Positions 11,209 to 21,330 of a stretch of DNA of 64,000 nt are shown here, piece after piece. The stretch lies in contig CAWKDB010000010.1 of NCBI GenBank assembly GCA_963848295.1, positions 3,904,001 to 3,968,000 of the forward strand. Direction: 5' to 3'. Source of the stretch: an uncultured delta proteobacterium. Its GTDB lineage: Bacteria > Myxococcota_A > Polyangia > Haliangiales > Haliangiaceae. Each line of letters begins with the position of its first letter. Within the stretch, counting starts at the first letter, position 1. Under the pieces are notes generated by a model. It did not search any database and was not told where the DNA came from. It saw only the letters and a list, made by a program, of their open reading frames with translations. A program made the translations under genes and the position numbers.

Positions 11209-13792
11209 GCGTCTGAGTCGTCGACCGGTGTCCAAGGCACTGAACGCAAGCTCTCCGAGCTCGAAGCGCAAGGATGATCACGAGCACGAGCGCGCCACTC
11301 GGATCGCCGCCGGCATCGCAGCAACCGCCGGTCGCGTGAGGTGCGATGCAACTCGCGGTCGGCGCGACCGCCGCGCGTTCGCCGGGCACGAGCGCGTGCA
11401 GCGTGCCGTCGTAGCTCGCCGCGACCAGCCAATCGCCGCTTACCGCCATGCTCGCGAGCACCGGCGCGCCGAGCGAGGTCCGCCATAGCTCCTGGCCGTC
11501 GCCGAGATCGAGCGCGACGAGCGCGCCGTCGGTCGCCGCGGTCCATACGATGCTGCCGGTGACGAGCGGCGACGCTTCGAACCCGGCCTCGTGCGCACCG
11601 CGATAGTGCGTCGCGCGCAAGATGCTCGGGCCGGCGGCATGGCGCCACAGCTCGGCGCCGGTCGACGCATCGAGCGCGACCAGGTCGCGATACAGCGTCG
11701 GCACGACGAGCACGCCGCGCGCGTACGCCGGCGCGCCGACGATCGCGTTGCCCCAGCCGAACCCCGCGCGATCGAGCTTGGTCTTCCACCGGATCGCGCC
11801 GGTGTCGAGATCGAGCGCGAGCACGCGGTCGGCCGCGTTCGCGATGAACGCGGTGTGGCCGACGATCACCGGCGCGGCGTTGATCGCGACGACGTCTTCG
11901 CCGCGCAACCGCCACAGCTCGCGTCCGGTCAGCCGATCCCACGCGACGAGCCCGCCGTACGTGCGCTCGAAGATGCCGAGCACGACGCCATCGCCGACCG
12001 CGAGCGCTGCGAGTGACTGGCCGTAGCTGCCTTCGGGCACCGGATCGACCGTCCAGCGCGGCGTGCCGGTCGCCGCGTCGATCACCGCGACCTGGCGCTG
12101 GTGGCCGACGATCACGTCATCGCCATCGACGGTCGGCGGCGAGAACACCGCGCCCGCCTCGATCCACACGTCGCTCGACAGGTCGTAGCGCCAGCGCACC
12201 GCGCCCGTCGCCGCATCGAGCGCGACGACCACGCCGTCGCTCTGCGCCGCGATCACGAGGTCGTGCCACACCGCGACGCCGCCGCGGATCGGCGCCGGTG
12301 CGCGATAGCGCCAGCGCACGTCGCCGGTCGCGAGCTCGAACGCGGTCACGCCGCCGGTGTCGCCGTCGCCGAGGTCGGTCGCGACCGCATAGACCGCGCC
12401 GTTGCTGATCGCGGGCGCCGCTTGCAGGGCATGGCCGCCGATCGCGGCGACCCAGCGCGTGACGAGCGGCGGCGGCAGGTCCTGCGTGCGCGCGCCGGTG
12501 TGCGCGGCGTTGCCGCCGAGCTGCGGCCAATCGCTACCGGTGCGCGGCGGCGCGGCCGGCGTGCACACCTCGAACGTCGTCATCGTCGAGACGTGCTCGC
12601 CGGTCCGGCTCTTCGCCTCGATCTCGACCTCGTGGCCACCCGGTGCGAGCGGCGGCAGCGTCAGCCGCCACGTCCAGCCACCGGCCCAGCGCATCGCGGT
12701 CGGCGTCCCGCAATCGATCCGCGCGGTCACGTCGCGTTGATCGGCGTCGAGCTCGGCCGCGACGAGCAGCTCGGTCGCGCCGCACTGCCCACTCGCCGGC
12801 GCGATCACCGACACGAACGGCGCGTCGACGACGGTCCGGTGCTCGGACGTCAACTTGCCGCCGGCGATCGTCACGACGCGATAGCCCGCGGGCGTGAAGT
12901 CCAACCCGCCCATCAGCAGCGGCTCGGTCGTGAGCTCGATCAGGCCGTCGTGATCGACCGCGCGATTCGTGTGGGTGTGACCGCTCAGCACGTAGTCGAC
13001 GCCAAGCGCGCGCAGCTGCGCCGTGATCGCCTCGGTCGGCGGCGCGTGGGTCAGCGCGACGATCGGCATGCCCTTCGCGACGTGCGCGAGCTCGCCGCGC
13101 AAGAACGCGTTCACGTCATCGGGCGTCATCGCCATGTTCCACACGATGAAGTGCACACCGCCGACATCGAAGCTGTAGTTGTCTGGACCGTGCGCCGCGG
13201 TCCACGTCGCGCCGTCATCGTACCAATCGTGATTGCCGGGCACCGGCACGAACGGTACGCCGAGCCCGTCGAGCGCCTGCGCGACCAGCGCGTGCTCGCT
13301 CGCCTTGCCGCCCTGGGTGAGGTCGCCGAGGATCGTGAAGAACGCGGGTGGCGGCTCGAGCGCGGTCGCCTCGCGCGCGATCGCGGCGAGCTCGCCGGCG
13401 TCCCAGAACTCTTGCGCCGCCGAGATGTGGCTGTCCGACGCGACGACAAAGCGCAGCGGCCGATCGATCGGCGCGGCGAGCCGATGCAACGCGATGGCGA
13501 CGGTCGCGGCCTTGCCGTCGTACGCCGCCCACGCCGGACCGGGCACGAACCCATCGGGCACGCGCGCCCAGATCGTCTCGGGGCCATCGACCTCGAGCGT
13601 GAACGCGCCGTCGCGGTCCGCGGTCGCGAACCGATCGATGCCGGCCGCGACCACGACATCGGCGACGCCGGGCTCGCCGGGCTGACGCACGCCATCGCCG
13701 TTCGCGTCATCGAACACGACGCCTTGGACCGTCGCCGCGCCGGCTGGTGCCGCGATCGCAACGAGAGCCAGGACGGTGAGACGCACGCTCAC
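11198..13792 (-). CDS. Secreted metallophosphoesterase plus PQQ-type beta-propeller protein with MYXO-CTERM-like tail
   Basis: GVVFDDANGDG, DSH, GDL, GNHD, GHTH motifs; repeated ALDAxTGxxRW blades; GGCCDAG-hydrophobic-RARR tail; start approximate. Confidence 0.82.
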   Translation of the reverse strand: MSVRLTVLALVAIAAPAGAATVQGVVFDDANGDGVRQPGEPGVADVVVAAGIDRFATADRDGAFTLEVDGPETIWARVPDGFVPGPAWAAYDGKAATVAIALHRLAAPIDRPLRFVVASDSHISAAQEFWDAGELAAIAREATALEPPPAFFTILGDLTQGGKASEHALVAQALDGLGVPFVPVPGNHDWYDDGATWTAAHGPDNYSFDVGGVHFIVWNMAMTPDDVNAFLRGELAHVAKGMPIVALTHAPPTEAITAQLRALGVDYVLSGHTHTNRAVDHDGLIELTTEPLLMGGLDFTPAGYRVVTIAGGKLTSEHRTVVDAPFVSVIAPASGQCGATELLVAAELDADQRDVTARIDCGTPTAMRWAGGWTWRLTLPPLAPGGHEVEIEAKSRTGEHVSTMTTFEVCTPAAPPRTGSDWPQLGGNAAHTGARTQDLPPPLVTRWVAAIGGHALQAAPAISNGAVYAVATDLGDGDTGGVTAFELATGDVRWRYRAPAPIRGGVAVWHDLVIAAQSDGVVVALDAATGAVRWRYDLSSDVWIEAGAVFSPPTVDGDDVIVGHQRQVAVIDAATGTPRWTVDPVPEGSYGQSLAALAVGDGVVLGIFERTYGGLVAWDRLTGRELWRLRGEDVVAINAAPVIVGHTAFIANAADRVLALDLDTGAIRWKTKLDRAGFGWGNAIVGAPAYARGVLVVPTLYRDLVALDASTGAELWRHAAGPSILRATHYRGAHEAGFEASPLVTGSIVWTAATDGALVALDLGDGQELWRTSLGAPVLASMAVSGDWLVAASYDGTLHALVPGERAAVAPTASCIAPHATGGCCDAGGDPSGALVLVIILALRARRACVQCLGHRSTTQTLTE

Positions 13793-13825
13793 GAGGATAG
13801 TGGATCGACGGTACGGTATAAGCGA

Positions 13826-15805
13826 GTGCGTGGCATCCACCTCGGCCGTGCGCTCGTGATCGGCCGGGCCGCGTTCACGCGCATGTGGGCCGCGCCCGGT
13901 CGCTGGTCGCGGTTGCTGCTCGCCGGGGCGTGCCTGCTGATCGTCAGCATGTACTGCACGAACAGCGACATGAACCACGATCCCGATTCGCCGCGCGGCG
14001 ACGGCACGTATCGGCCGGTGCTCGCACGAGGCGACGGTCACATGATGTACCTGATGGCGCGCTCGACCGCGCTCGACCTCGACTGGAACTTCGACAACGA
14101 CCTGAAGCGCTTCGGCGATCCGTGGTTCGAGCCGCGCACGAAGACCGGGCGCAAAGCGATCGTGCACCCGATCGGGCCGGCGCTCGCGTGGACGCCGTTG
14201 ATCTGGATCGCCGAGGCCGGCGCGGTCGTCGCGAACGTGTTCGGCGCGGACATCGCGCTGCATGGCTATACGTTGTGGCACCAGCGCTTCGTATTTCTGT
14301 CGAGCGCGTTGTTCGCGTGCGGGACCGTGCTGCTCGGCGCATGGCTCGCGCGGCGACTCGGCGCCGGGCGATGGGCCGCGGCCTACGCGGCGGTCGCGAT
14401 CCTGCTCGGCACGTCGTTGACGTACTACGCGACCTACATGCCGAGCTACGCGCACGCGATGGACGCCGCGGCGAGCGCCGGGTTCTTGGCCTATTGGGCC
14501 GCGACGATCGGGCGGCGCGATCGCCGGCGGTGGCTGGCGCTAGGCGTGCTGCTCGGGGTCGCGGCGCTGATCCGCGTGCAAGAGCTCGCGCTCGGCGTCG
14601 TCGTCGCGCTCGAGATCGCGGTCGAAGTGGTGCGCGCACGGCGCGACCGACGAGTCGCGCTCGCGTGGATCGCCGGCGGTGCGCTCGCGCTCGGCGTGGC
14701 GATCGTCGTGTTCATCCCGCAGCTCGTCGAGTGGCACGTCGTGTTCGGGGATGCCACGGCGCTGCCGCAAGGCGCCGCGTACACCCGGCCGGGCTCGCCG
14801 ATGGTCCTCGAGCTGCTGTTCTCGGCGCGCAACGGCTGGTTGGTCTCGACGCCGATCGCCTATGCCGCGTTGATCGGGATCGCGCTCGTGCCGAAGCGAG
14901 CGCGGTTCGTCGCCGTCGCCCTCGGTCTCGCGGTCGCGATCCAGATCTATCTCGACAGCACGATCCTCGATTGGTGGGGCGGCTCGTCGTTCGGGCAACG
15001 CCGGCTGTGCAACGTCACGCTGCCGCTCGTCGTCGGGCTCGCTGCCTTGCTCGCGCGGCTCCGTGGGTTCGTCGCTCGTTGGCCGCGGATCCCGCGCGGC
15101 GTGTGGCATGCGCTGGCCGCCCTCGGTCTCGGCAGTTGCGTCACATGGAACCTCGCGCGGGTCGGCGAGCTGCGTGCTGGCAAGGCGGCGTCGTCGGAGC
15201 TCGTGCCGACCTGTTGTGGTCGGATCGCGCGCTGGCTGCGCCCCGCGATCGAAGCGGTCTACGACCGGATCGGCAACCCGTTCGAGCTCCCGGCGAGCGC
15301 GCTCTACGCGCTTCGCCACGGCGTCGAGCTCCAGCGCTGGGACCACGCGGTCGGCAGGTATCCGCTCGTGCCCGCGTTCGGCGACGTTCGCGGCGATCGG
15401 CTCGCGGGCGTCCGAGGCAAGTGGTCGTTCGGCAGCGCCGCGATCAAACCATTCTTGCTCGACGGGTGGTCGACGGCGGTGACCGCCGATCGAACGTTCC
15501 GCTACACGCTCGCGCCGGTCGCGACCGCGGTGATCCCGAACCTGATGCCAAACGATCAGCGCTGGACACTGTGGCTCGCCGCCGCCGGTAGCCACGACGT
15601 GACTATCAGCTACGACGATGAGACGGTCGCGCATGCCGCGCTCGGGACCGGCTGGACCGCCGTCCAGTTCGATCTACGCGCGCCGGCGGTGGGCGATCAC
15701 GAGCTGTCGATCGAGGCGACGCCGGCGGCGGTCGCTCCTGGCTGGCCGGATCCGCATGCGCCGGTCGGCGTCGCGGTCGGCGACCTCGAGCTCGTGCTGC
15801 GCTAA
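13826..15805 (+). CDS. Polytopic membrane protein, probable GT-C (family 39-like) glycosyltransferase
   Basis: Many TM segments, RGDG.YY-like motif, WWGGSSFGQRR; start 13826 or 13883. Confidence 0.7.
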   Translation: MRGIHLGRALVIGRAAFTRMWAAPGRWSRLLLAGACLLIVSMYCTNSDMNHDPDSPRGDGTYRPVLARGDGHMMYLMARSTALDLDWNFDNDLKRFGDPWFEPRTKTGRKAIVHPIGPALAWTPLIWIAEAGAVVANVFGADIALHGYTLWHQRFVFLSSALFACGTVLLGAWLARRLGAGRWAAAYAAVAILLGTSLTYYATYMPSYAHAMDAAASAGFLAYWAATIGRRDRRRWLALGVLLGVAALIRVQELALGVVVALEIAVEVVRARRDRRVALAWIAGGALALGVAIVVFIPQLVEWHVVFGDATALPQGAAYTRPGSPMVLELLFSARNGWLVSTPIAYAALIGIALVPKRARFVAVALGLAVAIQIYLDSTILDWWGGSSFGQRRLCNVTLPLVVGLAALLARLRGFVARWPRIPRGVWHALAALGLGSCVTWNLARVGELRAGKAASSELVPTCCGRIARWLRPAIEAVYDRIGNPFELPASALYALRHGVELQRWDHAVGRYPLVPAFGDVRGDRLAGVRGKWSFGSAAIKPFLLDGWSTAVTADRTFRYTLAPVATAVIPNLMPNDQRWTLWLAAAGSHDVTISYDDETVAHAALGTGWTAVQFDLRAPAVGDHELSIEATPAAVAPGWPDPHAPVGVAVGDLELVLR

Positions 15806-16485
15806 CGGAAGGCCACGGTGAACGCCTCGAACGCGCCTCCCGAGTAGATCCAATCGGCGCCGTAGGATCCGGGATCGCCGGGGACGTAGTAGGCGATATC
15901 GCCGAACATCGTGTCGTCGAAGCTCGTGAACGGGCTGGTCGCCTCGATCCCTGCGACAGGGCCGCACGTGGCGACGCCCGAGACGACGACATCGCCGAGC
16001 ATCGCGTCGACGGCTGGAGCCGTGGCGCTCGGCATCGAGTCCTCCGAGGCCGTGGCCGCGTCGGCCGGGAACTTGCTCGTCACGTCGGCGATCTCGAGCA
16101 CGAACACATCGAACGGCATCACGCTCGACAACGTGACCTCGACGGATCGAGCACCCGCCGATGCGTCGCCGACCACATGGAGCGATGTCGTCGATAGGCA
16201 TCCATCAGCGTGAACCAACTGAATCATGAGTGGATCCCCGGCGTCGGTTTGCACCGTCACCGCCGGCACGGCAAGGTTTGCGTACGTCACGCCAACTACC
16301 AACAGCTCGCCGCCCTGCGTCGTCGGGATCTCGACCGACGCGGTCTTCGCGGTCAGCCGACCCGATGCCGCGGTCCTGACGCGAGTCCCGGGGTCGCCGC
16401 CTCCAAGGACGCCGAGGGTTCCATCCGGATCTCCCGGCGAGCTCGTACACGCCGCACACGCCACCAACCCAAGGACGAGCCGCAT
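15802..16485 (-). CDS. Hypothetical lipoprotein
   Basis: MRLVLGLVACAAC signal; beta-rich body. Confidence 0.65.
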   Translation of the reverse strand: MRLVLGLVACAACTSSPGDPDGTLGVLGGGDPGTRVRTAASGRLTAKTASVEIPTTQGGELLVVGVTYANLAVPAVTVQTDAGDPLMIQLVHADGCLSTTSLHVVGDASAGARSVEVTLSSVMPFDVFVLEIADVTSKFPADAATASEDSMPSATAPAVDAMLGDVVVSGVATCGPVAGIEATSPFTSFDDTMFGDIAYYVPGDPGSYGADWIYSGGAFEAFTVAFR

Positions 16486-16557
16486 CGGCGAAGCTTATCG
16501 CACGGCAACGGCCTGCTCCACTTGCATCCCGTCGCGTCGCAGGCGCATCTAATCACC

Positions 16558-17844
16558 ATGGCGCGACCGCACGTGGTCATCATCGGCGGCGGGTTCGGCG
16601 GGCTGACCGCTGCACGCGCGCTGGCGAAGGCCGACGTCGACGTCACGCTGATCGATCGCCGCAACCATCACCTGTTTCAGCCGTTGCTCTATCAGGTCGC
16701 GACCGCGGCGCTCAACGCGGCCGACATCGCGTATCCGATCCGCGCGGTGCTCGCGAAGCAGCGCAACGCGAACGTGTTGCTCGCCGAGGCGCGCGAGATC
16801 GACGTCGCGACTCACACGGTGACGCTCGACGCCGGCACGCTGCACTACGACTTCCTCGTGCTCGCGACCGGCGCGACGCACTCGTATTTCGGCAATCCGC
16901 AGTGGGCGCCGCGCGCGCCCGGGCTCAAGTCGATCGAGGATGCGCTCGAGATCCGCCGGCGGATCTTCCTCGCGTATGAAGCGGCGGAGCGCGAGACCGA
17001 TCCGGAGCTCCAGCGCGAATGGCTGACGTTCGCGGTCGTCGGCGGCGGGCCGACCGGCGTCGAGCTCGCCGGCGCGCTCGGCGAGATCGGGCTCACGACG
17101 CTCGCGCATGACTTTCGCCGCATCGACCCGACCTCGGTGCGCGTCGTGCTGTGCGAAGGCAACGCGCGCGTGCTCGGCACGTATCCCGAGAAGCTGTCGG
17201 CCGCGGCGAAGCGATCGCTCGAGAAGCGCCACGTCGAGGTCCGGCTCGACACGCTGGTCACCGCGATCGACGAGCGCGGGCTCACGGTCAAGTCCGGCGA
17301 GCGAATCGGCGCGCGCACCGTGTTGTGGGCGGCAGGCGTCGCGGCGTCGCCGCTCGGCGCGAGCCTCGGCGTCGCGCGCGATCGCGCGGGCCGGGTCGTC
17401 GTCGAGCCCGACTTATCGATCCCCGGTCATCCCGAGGTGTTCGTGATCGGCGATCTCGCGAAGATGATCTCGGACGGCGCCGAGGTGCCGGGCGTCGCGC
17501 AAGGTGCGCTGCAAGGCGGCAAGCACGTCGCGAAGATCATCGCGGGCGGCAAGCGCACGCCGTTTCACTATCACGACAAGGGCAACCTCGCGACGATCGG
17601 ACGCGCCGATGCGGTGGTAGCGACCAAGCATGTCGCGCGATCCGGTTTGCTCGCCTGGTTGCTGTGGTGGGTCGTTCACATCACGTTCCTCGTGGGGTTT
17701 CGCAATCGCGTGTTCGTGATGATCCAGTGGGCGTGGTCGTGGCTGACATTCCAGCGCGGCGCCCGGCTGATCACGGGCCCGATCGGCGTGCTGCCCGCGA
17801 TCAGCGAGGCGAAACCGGAAGCTGGCAAGCGCGCATCGGGGTAG
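16558..17844 (+). CDS. ndh: Type II NADH dehydrogenase
   Basis: IIGGGFGG, HLFQPLLYQVAT, VVGGGPTGVELAG, VFVIGD. Confidence 0.92.
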   Translation: MARPHVVIIGGGFGGLTAARALAKADVDVTLIDRRNHHLFQPLLYQVATAALNAADIAYPIRAVLAKQRNANVLLAEAREIDVATHTVTLDAGTLHYDFLVLATGATHSYFGNPQWAPRAPGLKSIEDALEIRRRIFLAYEAAERETDPELQREWLTFAVVGGGPTGVELAGALGEIGLTTLAHDFRRIDPTSVRVVLCEGNARVLGTYPEKLSAAAKRSLEKRHVEVRLDTLVTAIDERGLTVKSGERIGARTVLWAAGVAASPLGASLGVARDRAGRVVVEPDLSIPGHPEVFVIGDLAKMISDGAEVPGVAQGALQGGKHVAKIIAGGKRTPFHYHDKGNLATIGRADAVVATKHVARSGLLAWLLWWVVHITFLVGFRNRVFVMIQWAWSWLTFQRGARLITGPIGVLPAISEAKPEAGKRASG

Positions 17845-17873
17845 CACCTCGTCGCTCGACGGGTTCACCACGA

Positions 17874-17995
17874 CGGCTTCGCGCGGCTGCCTTGCGAGGG
17901 TGCCTCGGACCCGCTCCGGCGACGGCGCTGGCGCTGGAGGTTCCGGCGTCTTCGCGGAGCGACGCCGCTGCGCGGCGATCGCGCTGCGCGCGAGT
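17874..17995. repeat. 122-bp structured intergenic repeat, copy 1
   Basis: Ungapped match (about 12 mismatches) to reverse complement of 50324-50445. Confidence 0.85.
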
Positions 17996-18184
17996 CGGCG
18001 TGTTGACCGCGTGGCCTTGCGTCTCTTCGCGCGCGTGCCGTAGTCGCTCTCCGAGGCATCCCTCGCGGCGACGCCGCGCTCAGCGACGAGATCGCGAACG
18101 AAGGGGCGAAGAACGGAGTTGTGATGAGAACTCTCGAGCGTTCCGCGGTCTCGGCAACGCGCGGCGAGGCGCGGCGCGGCGGGG

Positions 18185-20893
18185 CTACGCGAGCGCGACG
18201 AGGTCTTCGAACGCGGCGTAGTAGCCGCGGCGAAACGCGGTGACGGTCGCCGCGCCGGCGCTCGCGCGATGCGTGACCAGGTTGCGCACCGCCGCGAGCG
18301 TGTGCAGGCGATGCGCGAGCGCGACCGTCTTGTCGGCGGACTTGCCGCCGAGCTTCATGAGGTTGCGAAAGCCACTCGACGGATGATCGACCGCGAACAG
18401 CACCATCAGCCGCGCCCACTCGGTGATCGACAGCGGCGAGTCGAGGCGCTTGCGGCGATGTTCGGTCAGCTCGCGCACCGCGTTCGGGATCGAGCGCAGC
18501 GGGATGTCGACCTTCGCGCTGCCGACCTCGATCGGATCTTTCCACTTCGGCTCGAGCCAGCGCTGGAATCCGGGCCAGCTCGCACCGATCACGCGATCGA
18601 CGTAGTCGAACAGCGTCGCCGGCTCGCGCTGGAGCCCCGCCATCCGCGGCCCGAGCCACGCGTGCACGTAGTTCTCGAGCACCTTCATCCACAGCGTGAT
18701 CGGCGGCGATAGATCGGCCTCGGTGGGCGTGCTCTGGAACAACGACTCGGCGGTGCGCAAGCTCTTCACGATCTCGGCGAACCCGCCCAGCTTGACGAGC
18801 TGCGCGAACGCGGGGAACGCGGCGATGATCTCGGCGTCGACGTCGAGCCCCGGTGCAGCGTCGCCGTGCGGCAGCGTCGCGAGCTTGAGCCGGACCAGCG
18901 GTTCGAACGCCGGGTCGTCGCCGCCGAGGTGCGCGAGCGCGGCGTCGATCGCGGGGGCGAGCTGGTCGGCGTGCGCGCGCGGCACCGTGATCGCGGCGGC
19001 GAGCTCGCCGCGCGTCGTCGGGTCGCCATCGCCGGCGACGAACCCGAGCACGAGCGCGAGCGCCTCGGGCGTCGCGAGCCGGACCAGCCCGGCGGCGGCG
19101 CGTTCGCGCACGGCCGGATCGTCGTCGCGGATCGCGGCGAGCAACGCCGCCTCGGTCGTCGCGTCGCCGAACGCGGTGAGCCGGCCGAGCGCTCCGATCG
19201 CGGCACCGCGCACCGCCGGCGAGTCGTCGCGAGCAAGCGCGACGAGCGAGCTCGGCGGCACCGCGCCGGCGAGCAAGCCCGCGAGCTCGGCACCGGCCTC
19301 GCGCTCGCGCGGATCGGCGAGCGTCAGCAGCTGGCCAGCGCGCCCGGACAACGACGCGAGCGCGGCGGCCTCGGGCGCAGCCGCGAGTAACGCGTTCGAC
19401 GCGGCTCCGAGCACGCGCGGATCGTCTTCGCGCCGCATCGCCGCGATCATGTCCGCTGGCGCGACGCGCAGCTCGCCGAGTGCGACGTAGCACGCGAGGC
19501 GCAGGTCGGGTGGCGACGTCGCCGCGACGAGCTTGGCGAGCTGAGGTGCGAGCTGATCGAGCCCGAGGTTGCCCGCGACGTACGACGCGCGCCGCCGGAC
19601 TCCGAGGTCGGCGTCGTCGAGCATCGGCGCGACGATCCGCGCGATCGTTGTCGCGTCGCCGTGCGTGCGCCGCGCGAGCTGCAGTGCCCACAACACCGCG
19701 CCGCGGATCGCCGGCTCGGCGCTGGCTGCGAGACCGCCGATCCGATCGATCAGCTCGGTGCTCTGCGCGAACGCACCCATCGCCTGCACCGCGGCGGCCC
19801 GGGTCGCGACATCGGCGGTCGCTTGGTGCGCGACCTTCGCGAGCGCGTCGCGCTCCCACGGTTGATCCGCTTCGATCGATCCGATCGCGCGCGCCCGGAC
19901 GATCGGATCGAGCGCAGGGCGCTCCGCGAGCTCGAGCAGATAACGCGTCACTTCCGGCTCGCGGAGCTCACCGAGGATCTGGACGACGCCGGCCGCGTCC
20001 TCTCCGAGCAGGATCTCCGCCTGCTCGATGACCTCCGCGACCGCGAGCGTACGCAAGCGGCGGGCGAGGATCGCGCGCACGGCGCGATCCGCTTCGCTGA
20101 GCGCGACGAGGAAGCGCTCGCCCGCGTCGCGATCGCGCTCGGCCTTGAGCGCGCGTGACGCCAGGTTCGCGGCGATGCGGATCTCGGCGTCTTCGTGCCG
20201 GGCGAGCCGGCGCAGCACCGGCAAGACCTCGAGCGCGCCGAGCTCGGCGAGGTAGCGCACCGCCGCGATCTGGAGCTCGGGCTCGAGCTCGCCGTCGACG
20301 ATCGCGATCGCCGCTGCGCGCGCCACCGGCGAGCGAATCTCGGTGAGCGCGGTCAGCGCGATCGCCGCCTCGATCGGATCGCCGCCGACGTACGACACGA
20401 GGCGCTCGGCCGCGCTCATCGCGCCCATCCGGCCGAGCGCGGCGATCGCGGCACGGCGCAGCGCGGGCGGTGCGCCATCGCTGACGAACCCGGCGACCGC
20501 CTCTTCGAGCGCTGGAAACCCGAGGCCGCCCGCGGCTTGCAGCGCGGCGACCGCGATCGTCGGATCGCGATCGGAGATCCGCCGGTGCACGAACGGCAGC
20601 AGCCAGATGTTGCGGAAGCCGCGGCCCATCGCCGCGACCACGCCGCGCCGATCCGCGGCCGTATCCGCGACCCGCGCGGCCTCGAGCAACGCGAACGCCG
20701 CGCGCTCCGCCGCGTCCCAGTCGGCACCGAGCGCGCGCCCCGCGAGATCGCCGAGCAGCCCGCAGGCCTCGAGCCGCGCGGTCCGAGTCGCCGCCTCGAC
20801 CGCCGCGAAGGCGAGCTGATCGACGACCGCGCCCGGGCTCGCCTGGCCGCGCTCGAGCCGGGCCCGCAACGCGCGTGCGCTGTCTTCACCCAT
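18185..20893 (-). CDS. HEAT-repeat protein
   Basis: Repeated D.D..VR.AA..ALG units, followed by a distinct C-terminal domain. Confidence 0.82.
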   Translation of the reverse strand: MGEDSARALRARLERGQASPGAVVDQLAFAAVEAATRTARLEACGLLGDLAGRALGADWDAAERAAFALLEAARVADTAADRRGVVAAMGRGFRNIWLLPFVHRRISDRDPTIAVAALQAAGGLGFPALEEAVAGFVSDGAPPALRRAAIAALGRMGAMSAAERLVSYVGGDPIEAAIALTALTEIRSPVARAAAIAIVDGELEPELQIAAVRYLAELGALEVLPVLRRLARHEDAEIRIAANLASRALKAERDRDAGERFLVALSEADRAVRAILARRLRTLAVAEVIEQAEILLGEDAAGVVQILGELREPEVTRYLLELAERPALDPIVRARAIGSIEADQPWERDALAKVAHQATADVATRAAAVQAMGAFAQSTELIDRIGGLAASAEPAIRGAVLWALQLARRTHGDATTIARIVAPMLDDADLGVRRRASYVAGNLGLDQLAPQLAKLVAATSPPDLRLACYVALGELRVAPADMIAAMRREDDPRVLGAASNALLAAAPEAAALASLSGRAGQLLTLADPREREAGAELAGLLAGAVPPSSLVALARDDSPAVRGAAIGALGRLTAFGDATTEAALLAAIRDDDPAVRERAAAGLVRLATPEALALVLGFVAGDGDPTTRGELAAAITVPRAHADQLAPAIDAALAHLGGDDPAFEPLVRLKLATLPHGDAAPGLDVDAEIIAAFPAFAQLVKLGGFAEIVKSLRTAESLFQSTPTEADLSPPITLWMKVLENYVHAWLGPRMAGLQREPATLFDYVDRVIGASWPGFQRWLEPKWKDPIEVGSAKVDIPLRSIPNAVRELTEHRRKRLDSPLSITEWARLMVLFAVDHPSSGFRNLMKLGGKSADKTVALAHRLHTLAAVRNLVTHRASAGAATVTAFRRGYYAAFEDLVALA

Positions 20894-20922
20894 GGGCGAA
20901 GCCTAACCGGTACAGTTGCCGG

Positions 20923-21330
20923 GTGGAGCGCTTCACCATGCCGATCGTCGCCGCCGCCGATGACATCGATGACCTGAATCACGTGTCGAACCTGGTCTAC
21001 GTGCGCTGGGTGCTCGACGTCGCGATGGCGCACTCGCGGTCGAAGGGCTGGGACCATCCGCAGTATCGGGCGCTCGGCGCGGTCTGGGTCGTGCGCCGGC
21101 ACGAGATCGATTACGTCCAGCAAGTCATGCTCGGCGACGAGCTGGTCGCGACGACGTGGGTCGACCTGTGGCGCGCCGCCTCGTGCGTGCGCAAGACCGA
21201 GCTGACGCGCGATGGTCAGATCGTGGCGCGCGGCTCGACGCTGTGGGCGTTGATCTCGTTCGAGACCGGTCGGCCGACGCGGATCACCGCCGATCTCAAG
21301 ACCGCTTTCATCGACGGTCATCCGAAATGA
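20923..21330 (+). CDS. Acyl-CoA thioesterase (4HBT/hotdog fold)
   Basis: DIDDLNHVSNLVYVRW, VVRRHEIDY, TGRP. Confidence 0.88.
   Translation: MERFTMPIVAAADDIDDLNHVSNLVYVRWVLDVAMAHSRSKGWDHPQYRALGAVWVVRRHEIDYVQQVMLGDELVATTWVDLWRAASCVRKTELTRDGQIVARGSTLWALISFETGRPTRITADLKTAFIDGHPK

Noticed and set aside
12101..13825. N-terminal extension of the 1234-aa plus-strand ORF and similar long Arg/Ala-rich shadow ORFs
   Set aside because: Antisense shadows of real genes, typical of high-GC DNA; no recognisable motifs.
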